The translations under genes and the position numbers were made by a program. From a bacterium (GTDB lineage: Bacteria; RBG-13-61-14; DATKZS01), in assembly GCA_963674965.2 (NCBI GenBank), contig CAXXFL010000001.1, forward strand, positions 224,001 to 288,000: DNA of 64,000 bases, written 5' to 3'. Below the pieces are notes generated by a model, which was not told the DNA's origin, did not search any database, and saw only the letters and a list, made by a program, of their open reading frames with translations. Positions 8,546-18,503 of this stretch are shown one piece after another (position 1 is the stretch's first letter; each line of letters opens with the position of its first letter).

Positions 8546-10303
8546 CTACGCGGCCTCGGGCGCTCCGTAAAGGTCTCGAATCTTTTGCCGGAGCATCTTC
8601 CCGACGGGGGAGTAAGGAAGCTCGTCGGTGAAGACCACGGAGCGGGGGATTTTATAGCCCGCTATCTTGCCCCGGCAGAAGTCCATGACCTCCCGGGGTC
8701 CCATTTGCTGGCCGTCCTTTAAAACCACGACCGCCCGGATCGCGTTGCCCCATTCATCGTCGGGCACGCCGATGATGCACACCGTGTCGACCTTCTCGTG
8801 CTCCTCGATGACCTGCTCGACCTCGAGGGGAAAGACCTTTTCGCCGCCGGTGTTGATGCATTCCTTCTTGCGGTCCACCGTTCGTATCTCGCCCTCCTCG
8901 TCCACGTATCCCAGGTCGCCGCTTCTGAACCATCCGTCGGAGAGGACCTCGGAGGTCTTTTCATCGTCCTTGTAGTATCCCTTCATCACCGTGCTGGACT
9001 TGTATAATATCTCTCCCACCTCACCCTTGGGCAGCTCCTTGCCCTCGCCGTCGACCACTTTCACCTCGACGATGGAACGGCCCACCGAGCGGTCCTTGAT
9101 ATCGTCCGGGTTCCAGTCGAAGCGGAAGGAGGTGACGGGCGTCATCTCCGTCTGCCCGAAGGCGTCGAGCACCAGGGCGTTGGGGAAGGCCCGGAGGATT
9201 TTTTTCTTGAGGGGCGCGGGGCAAACTCCTCCGCCGGTGGTGCAGACCCTTACGGCCTCGAGGTTGTACTTGTCGATCCCGGGGAAGTCGACCAGTTTTT
9301 TCCAGCCCGTGGGCACGTTGGAGACCTGGGCCACCTCCTCGTTCTGTATGACCTCGAGGGTGAGGGCGGGATCGAACTTGACGCTGGGGATGAGCACGAC
9401 GATCATGGACCCGCTCATCATTCCCATCATCAAGTTGGCGTAAGAGGCGTCATGGAAGAAGGGCATGGACGGATAAGCGTACTTCCTGGCCTGGCCGTAG
9501 GCCTTCTTGGCCTCGTCCGGGTCGGTGAAGCGCTTGTACATGGTCTCCCGCAGCCGCTCGAAGGTCGACTCCCGGGCGAAAAATTTCTTCGCCACCCTGG
9601 TCCTAAGAATGGGGCCGAGAACGCTCTTGGCCGGCAGGGGAAGATGCTCGACCACCTTCTTGTGCCTGTCCTTGGGCATGTCCATGGTGAGCGTCCGTTG
9701 CAGGGCCGCCGCCAGAAGGGTCGAGAACATGTCCACGTGGGCCCCGTAGGTCAGCATCACGCCCTTGGGAAAACCCGTGGTGCCGCCGGTGTAGATCATG
9801 ACCGCCACGTCTTCACGGCCGGTGGCCACGCCCGGGTCGTCCTCCTTGCCCGAGGCGACGAATTCCTCGTAGGGAAAGGCGCCGGAAATATTACTCGCGC
9901 CCAGGGTGACCCAGTGCTTGATTTTGGTAAGCTTGGAAGACGCGGCCTCCACGGCCTCCGCCCAGATCGAGTCGTAAATGAAAACGTGGGCGTCGCAATG
10001 GTTGCCCTGGTACTCGACCTCGCGGGGTATGAACCGGTAATTCATAGGCGCGGGAACGGCCCCCGCCGCCTGGATGCCCGCGTTGACCTCTAGGAACTCG
10101 GGCGTATTGTGGAACATGAAGGCGACCTTGTCCCCCTTTTTCACTCCCAGCCCGATAAGCGCGTTGGCGATCTTAAGGACCCTGGGAGTGAACTCCTTCC
10201 ACCTTATCCGGCGGTCTCCGCAAATAATGAACTCGCCGCTCGGGTTATGCCTCGCCGCGCAGATGAAACTGGACGCCATCACGTTGGGTGAGTATTGTGC
10301 CAT
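8546..10303 (-). CDS. AMP-dependent acyl-CoA synthetase/ligase
   Basis: YTGGTTGFPKG, FGQTE, GWFRSGDLG, DRKKECINTGGEKVFP, GKMLR; start reset to the ATG at 10303. Confidence 0.93.
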   Translation of the reverse strand: MAQYSPNVMASSFICAARHNPSGEFIICGDRRIRWKEFTPRVLKIANALIGLGVKKGDKVAFMFHNTPEFLEVNAGIQAAGAVPAPMNYRFIPREVEYQGNHCDAHVFIYDSIWAEAVEAASSKLTKIKHWVTLGASNISGAFPYEEFVASGKEDDPGVATGREDVAVMIYTGGTTGFPKGVMLTYGAHVDMFSTLLAAALQRTLTMDMPKDRHKKVVEHLPLPAKSVLGPILRTRVAKKFFARESTFERLRETMYKRFTDPDEAKKAYGQARKYAYPSMPFFHDASYANLMMGMMSGSMIVVLIPSVKFDPALTLEVIQNEEVAQVSNVPTGWKKLVDFPGIDKYNLEAVRVCTTGGGVCPAPLKKKILRAFPNALVLDAFGQTEMTPVTSFRFDWNPDDIKDRSVGRSIVEVKVVDGEGKELPKGEVGEILYKSSTVMKGYYKDDEKTSEVLSDGWFRSGDLGYVDEEGEIRTVDRKKECINTGGEKVFPLEVEQVIEEHEKVDTVCIIGVPDDEWGNAIRAVVVLKDGQQMGPREVMDFCRGKIAGYKIPRSVVFTDELPYSPVGKMLRQKIRDLYGAPEAA

Positions 10304-10543
10304 TGTCTTCCCTTTAAGGCCCTTTCCCCGGCGGATGACCGACTGCTCGCCGAGACGGATTAAGCGAAAAATGTAAGCTTCTCCACCATCCATAATAACA
10401 AGCGAAGGCGCGTGGACGCCTCTCGTTACCGGAATGAATCAAGCTTACCAATCCGATACGCGACAAGTCAAGGGGTTGGCGGACTTATCGAGGATGGCCC
10501 GGAAAGACTATCGATTTATGGCTTCAAAGCCCCTTCGGCGCTT

Positions 10544-12859
10544 CTACTCGATATCGAAGTCATACTTTCTCTCAACCGGGGCGTTGGACGCGGAGCCCGC
10601 GCCCTTTTCGGCGTCATAGGTCAACACCGTTCCGTCCCAGAGAGTGAACTCGTCTTTCTCGATTCCGTATCCCCTCACTTGGATGGACGAGTTGGCCTCG
10701 TCCCAGCCCCTGATCTCCGGGTCGTCCTCCTTGGCCAGGGTGTCGATAGGGCCGTCGAAAAGGGGAAGCATCTTGCCCGCCTCGAGGAACAAGGGTACCT
10801 CGCCCAGCGGGGCGGGAACGACCTCCCGGCCTGGTCCGCTATATTTTCGGCCCGACCACCAATGGACCCACTCGCCGGGGGGAAAGTAGACCTCGCGCTC
10901 CCGGGCCCCGCGCTCGATCACGGGCGCCACCAGGAGGCGGTCTCCGATAAGGTACTGGTAATCCTGGTTCCAGGCCTCGGGGTCCTCCGGATAATGCAGC
11001 ATCATATGCCTGGTGACGGGACGTCCCGTCTCCTGGGCCTCCATGGCCAAGGTGTAAAAATACGGGAAGAGCGAGGTATGGAGGACGGCGTACTTCTTGT
11101 AATGCTCGAGAGTTTCGGGGTCCTGGTCGAAGCTCCAGTTGTCGCAGAACTCGTCCTGTCCCCGGTGAATTCGCATGACGGGAAGCATGGCGCCCAGCTC
11201 GGTCCAGCGCATGAAAAGCTCCCGGTCCGTGTCCTTGGACACGAAGCAGTTGAAGCCCGCTATGTCGGTCGTTCCAATGGGATGGCCCGAAATGCCCACC
11301 GACAAAATGGCGGGAACGTTGGCCGCCAGGCCGTCAAGCTTCTCAAAGTTGGTGTTCTGGTCGCCCGTCCACATGACGGAGACGTACTTCTGGGCCCCCG
11401 TGTAGCCGGACCTGACGTAGATGAAGTAGTCGCCGTCGGGGCGGGCCTCGTCCCAGAACTCCCGTCCCAGCTCGTGCCAGAGCAGGACATAGTCGTTGTG
11501 AAGCTCCCAGCCGGTCCTCCCGTCGTGGGCCACCGAGTCGGGCGGGATATGCTCGCCGAAGTCGTGCATCCATCCGTCGGCGCCCATTTCCTCGGACTTA
11601 TGAAAGAACTCCCGTTTCCACCAGTTCCTGGCCTCGGGGTTGGTAAGGTCCAGCTGCGCCTTTTCCCATAAACCCAGGGTGAAGTCGTAGGTCCGGCCTT
11701 TTTTGTCCTTGATAAAGTAGCCCTTGGCGTCACCTTCCTCGTAGGCTTTCACCCCCTTGGTGATATAGGGCTGATAGTAAGACAGATGGCGAAAGCCCAT
11801 GTCGTGAAGTTCATCGTTCATCTTCTCGTATTCCGGATAAAGCTCCCGGTTGACCTCCCACTCGACGCGCCACCACCAGGACTCCGACCAGATCGCCGTC
11901 GTCGGTATGCCCTCCTCGCGAAGCAGGCGGGCCACCTCGAGCACGCGATCCTGGCTCTCGACCGCAGCGTTCATGGGGGCGAAGGCCCAGGGAGTAGGGA
12001 CCGTGATCCTGCCCGTGTAGGCCGTCTGGTTCTCGATCACCTCGAGGGGAGACGGGCCGCCGAAGACCACGAAGTCGAACTTGTCGTTCCAGTTGACGAT
12101 GGACAGCCTGGACCCTATCGTTTTTCCGAAGTCGAACTCGCTGAAGCGGTCGTCGTCGAGGAGAAAGCCGTAGCCCTTGGCCGGGTTAAGGAAAAAGGGC
12201 ACGGGGTAATAGGTCATTTCCTCCCCCAGGGGGAACGGGTTGAAGGGAAGCTTTACGTATTTAGACCAGTTGTAAAGACCCAGGCCGCCCTCCTCGGTCC
12301 AGACCCGGACCTTGCGGCCCGTCTGCTCGGCCGAGTTGTAGCGCTCGCCCATCCCGAAATAGCGGTCGTCCCGGTCCTTTTTGAAACGGACCCGAAAGCG
12401 GTTCGCGCCCGTCTCGCCCGCGGCCTTCATCTCGACCTTCAAGCTTTTGTCGCCGATGAAATAGGCCTCGAGCTCGGCCAGGGTCTTATCGCCCCGTCCC
12501 GAGCCCAGGCCCACCAGCAGGCGGCCGTCCTCCTCCGCGACGGAGGTCACCTTGTCCAGGCGGGTCCAGGGCTCGGCGATGCCCCTGTTCCAGAGCCACC
12601 ACAGCACCAGCCGCCAGGTCCTTTGTCCGGTGACCCTGGTATAGCAAACGGGCCCGTCCGTGGCCAGTATCTCCCTTCCCTGGGCGTCCGTTACCACGAG
12701 TTGAAAGGGGTCCTTTTCCACTCGAAGGGCCAGGTCGCCCTTGCCGATCCGAATGGAATCCTCCGCCGACGCGGTTACGCCAAGCGTCATGCAGATGGCC
12801 GCCGCGAGGGCCATGGACCATAAAGCCCGCTTCATTGTCCAGATTTTTTTCTCCGCCAT
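10544..12859 (-). CDS. Secreted glycoside hydrolase family 31, YihQ/sulfoquinovosidase-like
   Basis: Signal peptide, FGMGERY, LDLTNPEA, nucleophile motif GWMHDFGE, acid/base motif WTGDQN, LVAPV. Confidence 0.9.
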   Translation of the reverse strand: MAEKKIWTMKRALWSMALAAAICMTLGVTASAEDSIRIGKGDLALRVEKDPFQLVVTDAQGREILATDGPVCYTRVTGQRTWRLVLWWLWNRGIAEPWTRLDKVTSVAEEDGRLLVGLGSGRGDKTLAELEAYFIGDKSLKVEMKAAGETGANRFRVRFKKDRDDRYFGMGERYNSAEQTGRKVRVWTEEGGLGLYNWSKYVKLPFNPFPLGEEMTYYPVPFFLNPAKGYGFLLDDDRFSEFDFGKTIGSRLSIVNWNDKFDFVVFGGPSPLEVIENQTAYTGRITVPTPWAFAPMNAAVESQDRVLEVARLLREEGIPTTAIWSESWWWRVEWEVNRELYPEYEKMNDELHDMGFRHLSYYQPYITKGVKAYEEGDAKGYFIKDKKGRTYDFTLGLWEKAQLDLTNPEARNWWKREFFHKSEEMGADGWMHDFGEHIPPDSVAHDGRTGWELHNDYVLLWHELGREFWDEARPDGDYFIYVRSGYTGAQKYVSVMWTGDQNTNFEKLDGLAANVPAILSVGISGHPIGTTDIAGFNCFVSKDTDRELFMRWTELGAMLPVMRIHRGQDEFCDNWSFDQDPETLEHYKKYAVLHTSLFPYFYTLAMEAQETGRPVTRHMMLHYPEDPEAWNQDYQYLIGDRLLVAPVIERGAREREVYFPPGEWVHWWSGRKYSGPGREVVPAPLGEVPLFLEAGKMLPLFDGPIDTLAKEDDPEIRGWDEANSSIQVRGYGIEKDEFTLWDGTVLTYDAEKGAGSASNAPVERKYDFDIE

Positions 12860-12954
12860 ACCGTTCCTCTCTTTCGCGAAGTTGTTATTGCATAAAACCG
12901 GAATATGTTAACGCAAGGGTTGGGCGCGAACAAAAAAGTTACTTTATGCGGGCG

Positions 12955-14043
12955 CTAAACGGCGGCCTCTCCGGCTTCCTGAGTCTCGAGGTTTTTTTTC
13001 ATCGACTCCTTTTCGATGGCGTAGGAAACCGCGGCGTCGGCGGCGATCATTCCCGACCTGTAATAATTGAGGATCGACTTGTCCATGGTGGTCATGCCCT
13101 CGCCGGCGGCGGAGAAAATGGCCGACGCGATCTGAGAGGTATTGCCGTCTCTTACCATGTTCCTGAGCGGGCCCTCGAGGAACATGATCTCGTTGGCGGG
13201 AATTCTTTCCTTGGCGTCCTTGATGGGAATGAGCTGCTGGCATATCACGGCCCGCAGGGTCGAGGATAGCATTAGCCTCGCCTGCGCCTGGTCGGCGGGA
13301 GAGAAGAAATCGATGAATCTCTCGACGGTCTTGGCGGCGGTGTTGGTCTGGAGGGTAGTGAGTACCAGCACGCCCGTGTCGGCCGCGGACAGAAGCAGGC
13401 CGGCCGTTTCCACGTCCTTGACCTCGTCGACCATGATGACGTCGGCGTCCTGGGTCATGGCCGACTCGAGGGCCGCCTTGTAGGACCGGGCGTGGTTTCC
13501 CAACTCCCTTTGCGTGACGTGGCATCTCTTGTCGCGATGCAGGAACTCGACGGGGTCCTCGATGGTGACGATATGGCGGTACTTGTCCTTGTTGATGGCG
13601 TTGATAACGGCCGCCAGGGTGGTGGTTTTTCCCGAGCCGCTCGGCCCGGTGATGAAAACGAGGCCGCCGGAAAACTCCGGTATTCTCTCGACAACCGGGT
13701 TCAGCCTGAGGGACATGAGCGTTGGTATCCTGGTGGGGATAAGGCGGAACACGGCCGCCATGCCTCTCCTGTCCTCGAAGACGCTCACGCGGAAGCGCCC
13801 GGACCCGTCGCGGGGAGAGTAGGCCACGTTGACGTCCCGGTCGCGCTCGAACTTTTTAAGCTGCCTCCTGGACATGATCTCCTCGAGAAGCTCGGCGCAC
13901 TCTTGCTTGCCGATTTCCTCCGCCTCCGGCAGGCTGACCAGCTTTCCCGCCACCCTCGCCCTCGGAGCCGATCCCGGATTGAGGTGCAGGTCGGAACCCC
14001 TCAACTCGGCCAGGCCCTCCAGGTATTTATCCACTCTCGCCAA
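12955..14043 (-). CDS. pilT: PilT/PilU-family type IV pilus ATPase (degenerate Walker B and His box)
   Basis: SDLHL, GPSGSGKTT, TIEDPVEF, QRELG, LRNMVRDG. Confidence 0.85.
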   Translation of the reverse strand: MARVDKYLEGLAELRGSDLHLNPGSAPRARVAGKLVSLPEAEEIGKQECAELLEEIMSRRQLKKFERDRDVNVAYSPRDGSGRFRVSVFEDRRGMAAVFRLIPTRIPTLMSLRLNPVVERIPEFSGGLVFITGPSGSGKTTTLAAVINAINKDKYRHIVTIEDPVEFLHRDKRCHVTQRELGNHARSYKAALESAMTQDADVIMVDEVKDVETAGLLLSAADTGVLVLTTLQTNTAAKTVERFIDFFSPADQAQARLMLSSTLRAVICQQLIPIKDAKERIPANEIMFLEGPLRNMVRDGNTSQIASAIFSAAGEGMTTMDKSILNYYRSGMIAADAAVSYAIEKESMKKNLETQEAGEAAV

Positions 14044-14052
14044 TGGTCAGCC

Positions 14053-15135
14053 TCAAGTTTTGGCCGCTCTCGCCGCCGGCGGGGCGAAACGGCGCTGGAA
14101 GGTCTTTTTATCTCGCGAGGCCTCGAGGCCCGCCTCATAGGTTATCTTGCCGGACTCGAAAAGCTCGATCACCGAGTCGTCTATGGTCTTGTTGCCCAAA
14201 TGCCGGTTCATCTGCATGCCCGACTCGATCTGGTGGGTCTTGCCCTCCCTTATGGTCTGGGAGATGGGCTTGGTGGGCACGAGCACCTCACAGGCCATGA
14301 CCCGGCCTTTTCCGTCCTTTCGGGGAAGAAGACGCTGGGAAACGCAAAGGATGAGCGACCGGGCGAGACGAATCTGGGCCTGTTGCCTTATCTCCTCGGG
14401 AAATATGTTGATTACCCGGTTGAGGGTGCTTTGCGCGTCCCGGGTGTGAAGAACGCCGAACACGAGCAGTCCGTTCTCCGACGCCGTCATGGCCATGGAC
14501 ACGGTCTCGTGGTCCCTCATCTCCCCGATGAGGATGACGTCGGGGTCCTGCTTCAAAGCGGCTTGAAGGGCCTGGAGGTATGACCTCGCGTTCCGGCCGA
14601 TTTCCCTTTGATTGACGATGGATGATTTGTCCCGGTGGACGAACTCGATGGACGGCTCGAGGGTGATGATATGGGCGCTTCGCCTCTCGTTGATCCTCTC
14701 GATCACGGCGGCCGCGGTGGTCGATTTGCCGCTTCCGCCCGGTCCGGTAAGCAGGATGAGGCCTCCGCTCGAGCCGATCGTCTCGTCCACCGCGGGGGGA
14801 AAGCCAAGCTCGGACAAGGGAGGAATCCTCTCCGGCGCGTGGCGGATGACGGCGTCGAGTCCGCGATGGTGATAATAAGCGCTTCCCCTGAATCTGCCCA
14901 GGCCCTCTATTTCATATGAGAATACGACGTCCTTTTCCTTGACGAACTTGTCGAACCTTTCCTCGCCTATGACCTGCTTTAAGATCGCCTGAAGTACCTT
15001 GGGGGGCATGGGAGGCATCTTGGTTTTGCGAAGCTCCCCGTTGACGCGGCAAATAGGGGCGTATCCCGAAGCCAGATGCAGGTCCGAGGCGCCGACCTTA
15101 ACCATTTGTTGCAGATACTTGTTTATCTCCGCCAT
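14053..15135 (-). CDS. pilT: PilT-family type IV pilus retraction ATPase
   Basis: ASDLHL, GPGGSGKST, NQREIG, QDPDVILIGEMRD, LHT, SQRLLP. Confidence 0.88.
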   Translation of the reverse strand: MAEINKYLQQMVKVGASDLHLASGYAPICRVNGELRKTKMPPMPPKVLQAILKQVIGEERFDKFVKEKDVVFSYEIEGLGRFRGSAYYHHRGLDAVIRHAPERIPPLSELGFPPAVDETIGSSGGLILLTGPGGSGKSTTAAAVIERINERRSAHIITLEPSIEFVHRDKSSIVNQREIGRNARSYLQALQAALKQDPDVILIGEMRDHETVSMAMTASENGLLVFGVLHTRDAQSTLNRVINIFPEEIRQQAQIRLARSLILCVSQRLLPRKDGKGRVMACEVLVPTKPISQTIREGKTHQIESGMQMNRHLGNKTIDDSVIELFESGKITYEAGLEASRDKKTFQRRFAPPAARAAKT

Positions 15136-15184
15136 CGCGCTTGACTACCCGAGCCTAATTTTTCCTTTTCCAGACCTCGAGAAT

Positions 15185-15229
15185 TGCTATACAAATTTCT
15201 ATAATAGCACGTGGGGACAAGGACGGGAA
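15185..15229 (-). promoter_or_regulatory. Possible sigma70 promoter and inverted repeat upstream of the pilT pair
   Basis: Minus strand reads TTCCCG-17 nt-TATTAT with a TG extension; it overlaps a TGCTAT...ATAGCA inverted repeat. Confidence 0.3.
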
Positions 15230-15252
15230 ATTTTCTTGGGCCCGAAAATTAT

Positions 15253-16035
15253 TCACCAATAAAGGCGTCCCTCCAAGTATAAGGCCGTCTCCCCGGAGAT
15301 GACCACCCTCTGACCTTTGTCCTCCAGCCAAAGCTCGCCCTGACGGCGGGAAAGCTGAAACGCGTGAAGTTCCCTCTTGCCCAACCTAGAGGACCAGTAA
15401 GGGACCAGCGTGCAATGGGCCGAGCCCGTGACCGGGTCCTCGTTTATGCCCACCTTGGGGGCGAAAAAACGAGACACGAAGTCCGAATCGTATCCCGGGG
15501 CCGTCACTATCACGGCCATGGACTCGAGTTCCAAAAGGGCCTTAAAGTCGGGCTCGATCGATCTTACAATCTCCTCCGAATCGAAGACGGCCAGGTGGTC
15601 GCGGGCCAGGTAAAGCTCGGACGGCGTCACGCCCAGCGCCTCGCTCAGCCGGGGCGAAGCGTCCGCGGGAGACCCGGGACGGGAGGGGAAGTCCATTTCG
15701 AGCTTTTTCCCGTTTCCCTTGGACACGAAAAGAGGCCCGCTCCTGGTGGAGAACTCGACCCGGCCCAGGTCCTTTTCGAGGTAATTCATTACCACGAACC
15801 CGGAGGCCAGGGTGGCGTGGCCGCAAAGGTCGACCTCCACCTTGGGCGTGAACCATCTGAGGTCGTACTTGCCTTCGCCGCCCACCAGGAAGGCCGTCTC
15901 CGACAGGTCGTTTTCGGCGGCCAGGGCCGCGAGCGTCGAGTCGTCCGGCCACTCGTCAAAAATGCAAACTCCCGCCGGGTTCCCGCCAAAGGACGAGCTT
16001 GTAAAGGCGTTGACCTGATAATAGGGTATCTTCAT
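15253..16035 (-). CDS. PhzF-family isomerase
   Basis: AFT..FGGNPAGV, LSETAF, RWFTP.VEVDLCGHATLA, EDPVTGSAH. Confidence 0.95.
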   Translation of the reverse strand: MKIPYYQVNAFTSSSFGGNPAGVCIFDEWPDDSTLAALAAENDLSETAFLVGGEGKYDLRWFTPKVEVDLCGHATLASGFVVMNYLEKDLGRVEFSTRSGPLFVSKGNGKKLEMDFPSRPGSPADASPRLSEALGVTPSELYLARDHLAVFDSEEIVRSIEPDFKALLELESMAVIVTAPGYDSDFVSRFFAPKVGINEDPVTGSAHCTLVPYWSSRLGKRELHAFQLSRRQGELWLEDKGQRVVISGETALYLEGRLYW

Positions 16036-16184
16036 CTTCCCTCCATCTTGCGCGACGCGCGAAAAAAATCACATGGCCGACAAAGTCGTCTATTATTATA
16101 ACGGGCAAAAAGATAAAGGAAATTTTGACTGGACGCGCCCGGGTCGGGTAAGATTTTAACGCGGCTTTTGGTGGGATATCTCTT

Positions 16185-18503
16185 ATGAAAAAAACAACGG
16201 AAAAAGCCGGCTTCCAAGCCTTGAAAGACGCGGCGCCGAAAACTCGAGAGCCGCAAAAGAGGACGCGTTATTTTATTCCTTATCGCGGGACGACCGATCT
16301 CGATAAATCGCTCACGTCCCTGGCCTTGGGCGAAGGGGCCGAAAAAAAGACCCTGGTCATCGTGACGTCCCAGGAAAACCGGGCCGCGAAAAAGGAGATT
16401 GCGCTTAAACGGTCGGCCGCCTCCTTTCTGTTCACGCCCAAAGACTTCAGTTGGAAGGCCGATCAGGTCAGGAACTTCCTCCTGGGGAGCGAGGTCTCCA
16501 ATAAATTGGCCAGGGCCTCCCGGCCCGTTCTGATATTATGGCTTCCCTCGGCGGGGGGCATAAGGCCGGCGGCGCTTTATCGCGCGCTACGAAAAACGGC
16601 CGACAATATAAACGTTCCATCTGGTCTCGCGCTTAACGCGGACGAGACGGAACTCGGCGATCAGTTGAGGATCGCCCTTTCCTCCGATTACATAATCATC
16701 GGGGGCGAGGCCCAGGCCAACGTTTTTTGCTCCTCCTTGGGAGACGGACTTTCAAGGGATGGAGAATTTACGCTGGAGTCCTTCGCCCGGCGCCTGGGGG
16801 CGGCGAGCGATCTTTTTCTCGATACCAAACGGGAAAAGGATGAATTGAAAAAGCTTGTCCACGCCGTTCAAAGCGCGATCCTCCGACTTGACGCGGACGG
16901 CGGGGTCCTTTTTGCCAACGACTACGTCGAGTCGCTTTTCGGTTTTACCAGGGAGGAGATCACGGGCAAAAACGTGGTCGGCACGATAGTGCCGCTTCAC
17001 GACGAGCAAGGGACCGACTTGTCCAAAAGGGTGAAAAGGATCCTTGGCCGTCCCGGCGTTTCCAACCTCGGAGAAAACGTGAACTTCACGAAAACCGGCG
17101 GGAAGATATGGTTGGCCTGGACCACCATGGCCATCGAGAACGACGCGGGCGAGATAGAGGAAATCCTTTGCGTGGGAAACGACGTGACCGAGATGAAGTA
17201 CGCCGAGCGCGAGCTTTCCCTTCGCTACGGCTACGCCGAGGCGCTTTCGCGTTTTTCCAGCCGCTTGCTCTCGCCAGTCGTGGAGGAGGGGTCGTCGATA
17301 GACGAGGCGATGGAAATTTTGCGGGAGGCCTCGGGCGCGGGCAGGGCATTTTTGTTCGAGAACTTCGAGGACCCCGAGCTCGGGCTTTGCGCCCGGATGG
17401 CCAACGAGGTAATGGAGGCGGGGCTTGACCACAGGATCGGGTTGCCCGCGTTCGAGAGGATAAGCTACGCCCTTGGTTTTTCCGATTGGATCGAGAAGTT
17501 TAAAAGGGGCGAGCCCATATACGGCTCGGTGAGCGGTTTCACGCCCGAGACCGGGGACAGGCTAAAGGAGCTTGGGGCCAAGTCGATCGTTCTTCTTCCT
17601 TTCCACGTCGGCGATGAATGGAGCGGGGTCATCGGGTTCGAGAACCGCGAGGAGTCCAGGAAATGGTCGGAGGCCGAGATCAAGCTCCTGGCCACGGCCG
17701 CCGATATAATCGGGGCCTACCGACTGCTGGAAAGAACTCAGCGGCAGATCGCCGACAAGGAAAGGCTGGCCGCCGTAGGCAAGCTGACGGGGGACATAGC
17801 CCATGAGATCAAGAACCCCCTATTCGCCATCAGCGCCGTGCTTCAGACCCTCCAGCGCAAACTGGAAAGAGATGACGTGATGATTTTTCAGGAGGGACGG
17901 GGCTTCATGGAAAGGATCATAGGCATCCTCGTGACCGAGAGCCGGAGAATCGACGCGCTGGTCCAGTCCCTTGTCGCCTATACCCGCGACCAGGAGCCGG
18001 TCCTGGTCGAGACTGACCTGGCCGACCTGCTCGAGACCGTTATCGTGGCCCGTCACGCGGACTCGAGGGCGAAAAATATTTCCGTGGTCAAGCGGGTCCC
18101 CAAGGTCCCGGCCGCGGTCCTGGCCGACCGTGAGATGATGCAGGCCGCCATTGACGCGATCCTGTCCAACGCCATCCATTTCACACCCGCGCAAGGAAGG
18201 ATTACAATGGAGCTAAGTGAAACGAGTTCCGGGACCTGGGTCCTGACCGCCTCCGACCAGGGAGGAGGAGTGTCCGAGTCCGACCTCGAGAGGATTTTCG
18301 ATCCCTTTTTCTCCACCAGGGAGGAAGGGCCTGGATTCGGGTTGCCCATTTGCCGGAAAATCATGGACCTGCACGGCGGAAGCGCGAGGGTCCGCAATAT
18401 CAAGGGAGGCGCCGCTTTCAGCTTGGTCCTCCCCGCCATCCGATCGGAGAAGGAATTAAAACCGCAAGGAAAGGCCGATGAAACCGACCCTGTTAATAGT
18501 TGA
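16185..18503 (+). CDS. Cytoplasmic sensor histidine kinase (possible MEDS-like N-terminus, PAS, GAF, HisKA, HATPase)
   Basis: PAS (FAN...FGF..EEI.GKNV), GAF, H-box IAHEIKNPL, N-box SNAI, DQGGG, IFDPFFST. Confidence 0.92.
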   Translation: MKKTTEKAGFQALKDAAPKTREPQKRTRYFIPYRGTTDLDKSLTSLALGEGAEKKTLVIVTSQENRAAKKEIALKRSAASFLFTPKDFSWKADQVRNFLLGSEVSNKLARASRPVLILWLPSAGGIRPAALYRALRKTADNINVPSGLALNADETELGDQLRIALSSDYIIIGGEAQANVFCSSLGDGLSRDGEFTLESFARRLGAASDLFLDTKREKDELKKLVHAVQSAILRLDADGGVLFANDYVESLFGFTREEITGKNVVGTIVPLHDEQGTDLSKRVKRILGRPGVSNLGENVNFTKTGGKIWLAWTTMAIENDAGEIEEILCVGNDVTEMKYAERELSLRYGYAEALSRFSSRLLSPVVEEGSSIDEAMEILREASGAGRAFLFENFEDPELGLCARMANEVMEAGLDHRIGLPAFERISYALGFSDWIEKFKRGEPIYGSVSGFTPETGDRLKELGAKSIVLLPFHVGDEWSGVIGFENREESRKWSEAEIKLLATAADIIGAYRLLERTQRQIADKERLAAVGKLTGDIAHEIKNPLFAISAVLQTLQRKLERDDVMIFQEGRGFMERIIGILVTESRRIDALVQSLVAYTRDQEPVLVETDLADLLETVIVARHADSRAKNISVVKRVPKVPAAVLADREMMQAAIDAILSNAIHFTPAQGRITMELSETSSGTWVLTASDQGGGVSESDLERIFDPFFSTREEGPGFGLPICRKIMDLHGGSARVRNIKGGAAFSLVLPAIRSEKELKPQGKADETDPVNS

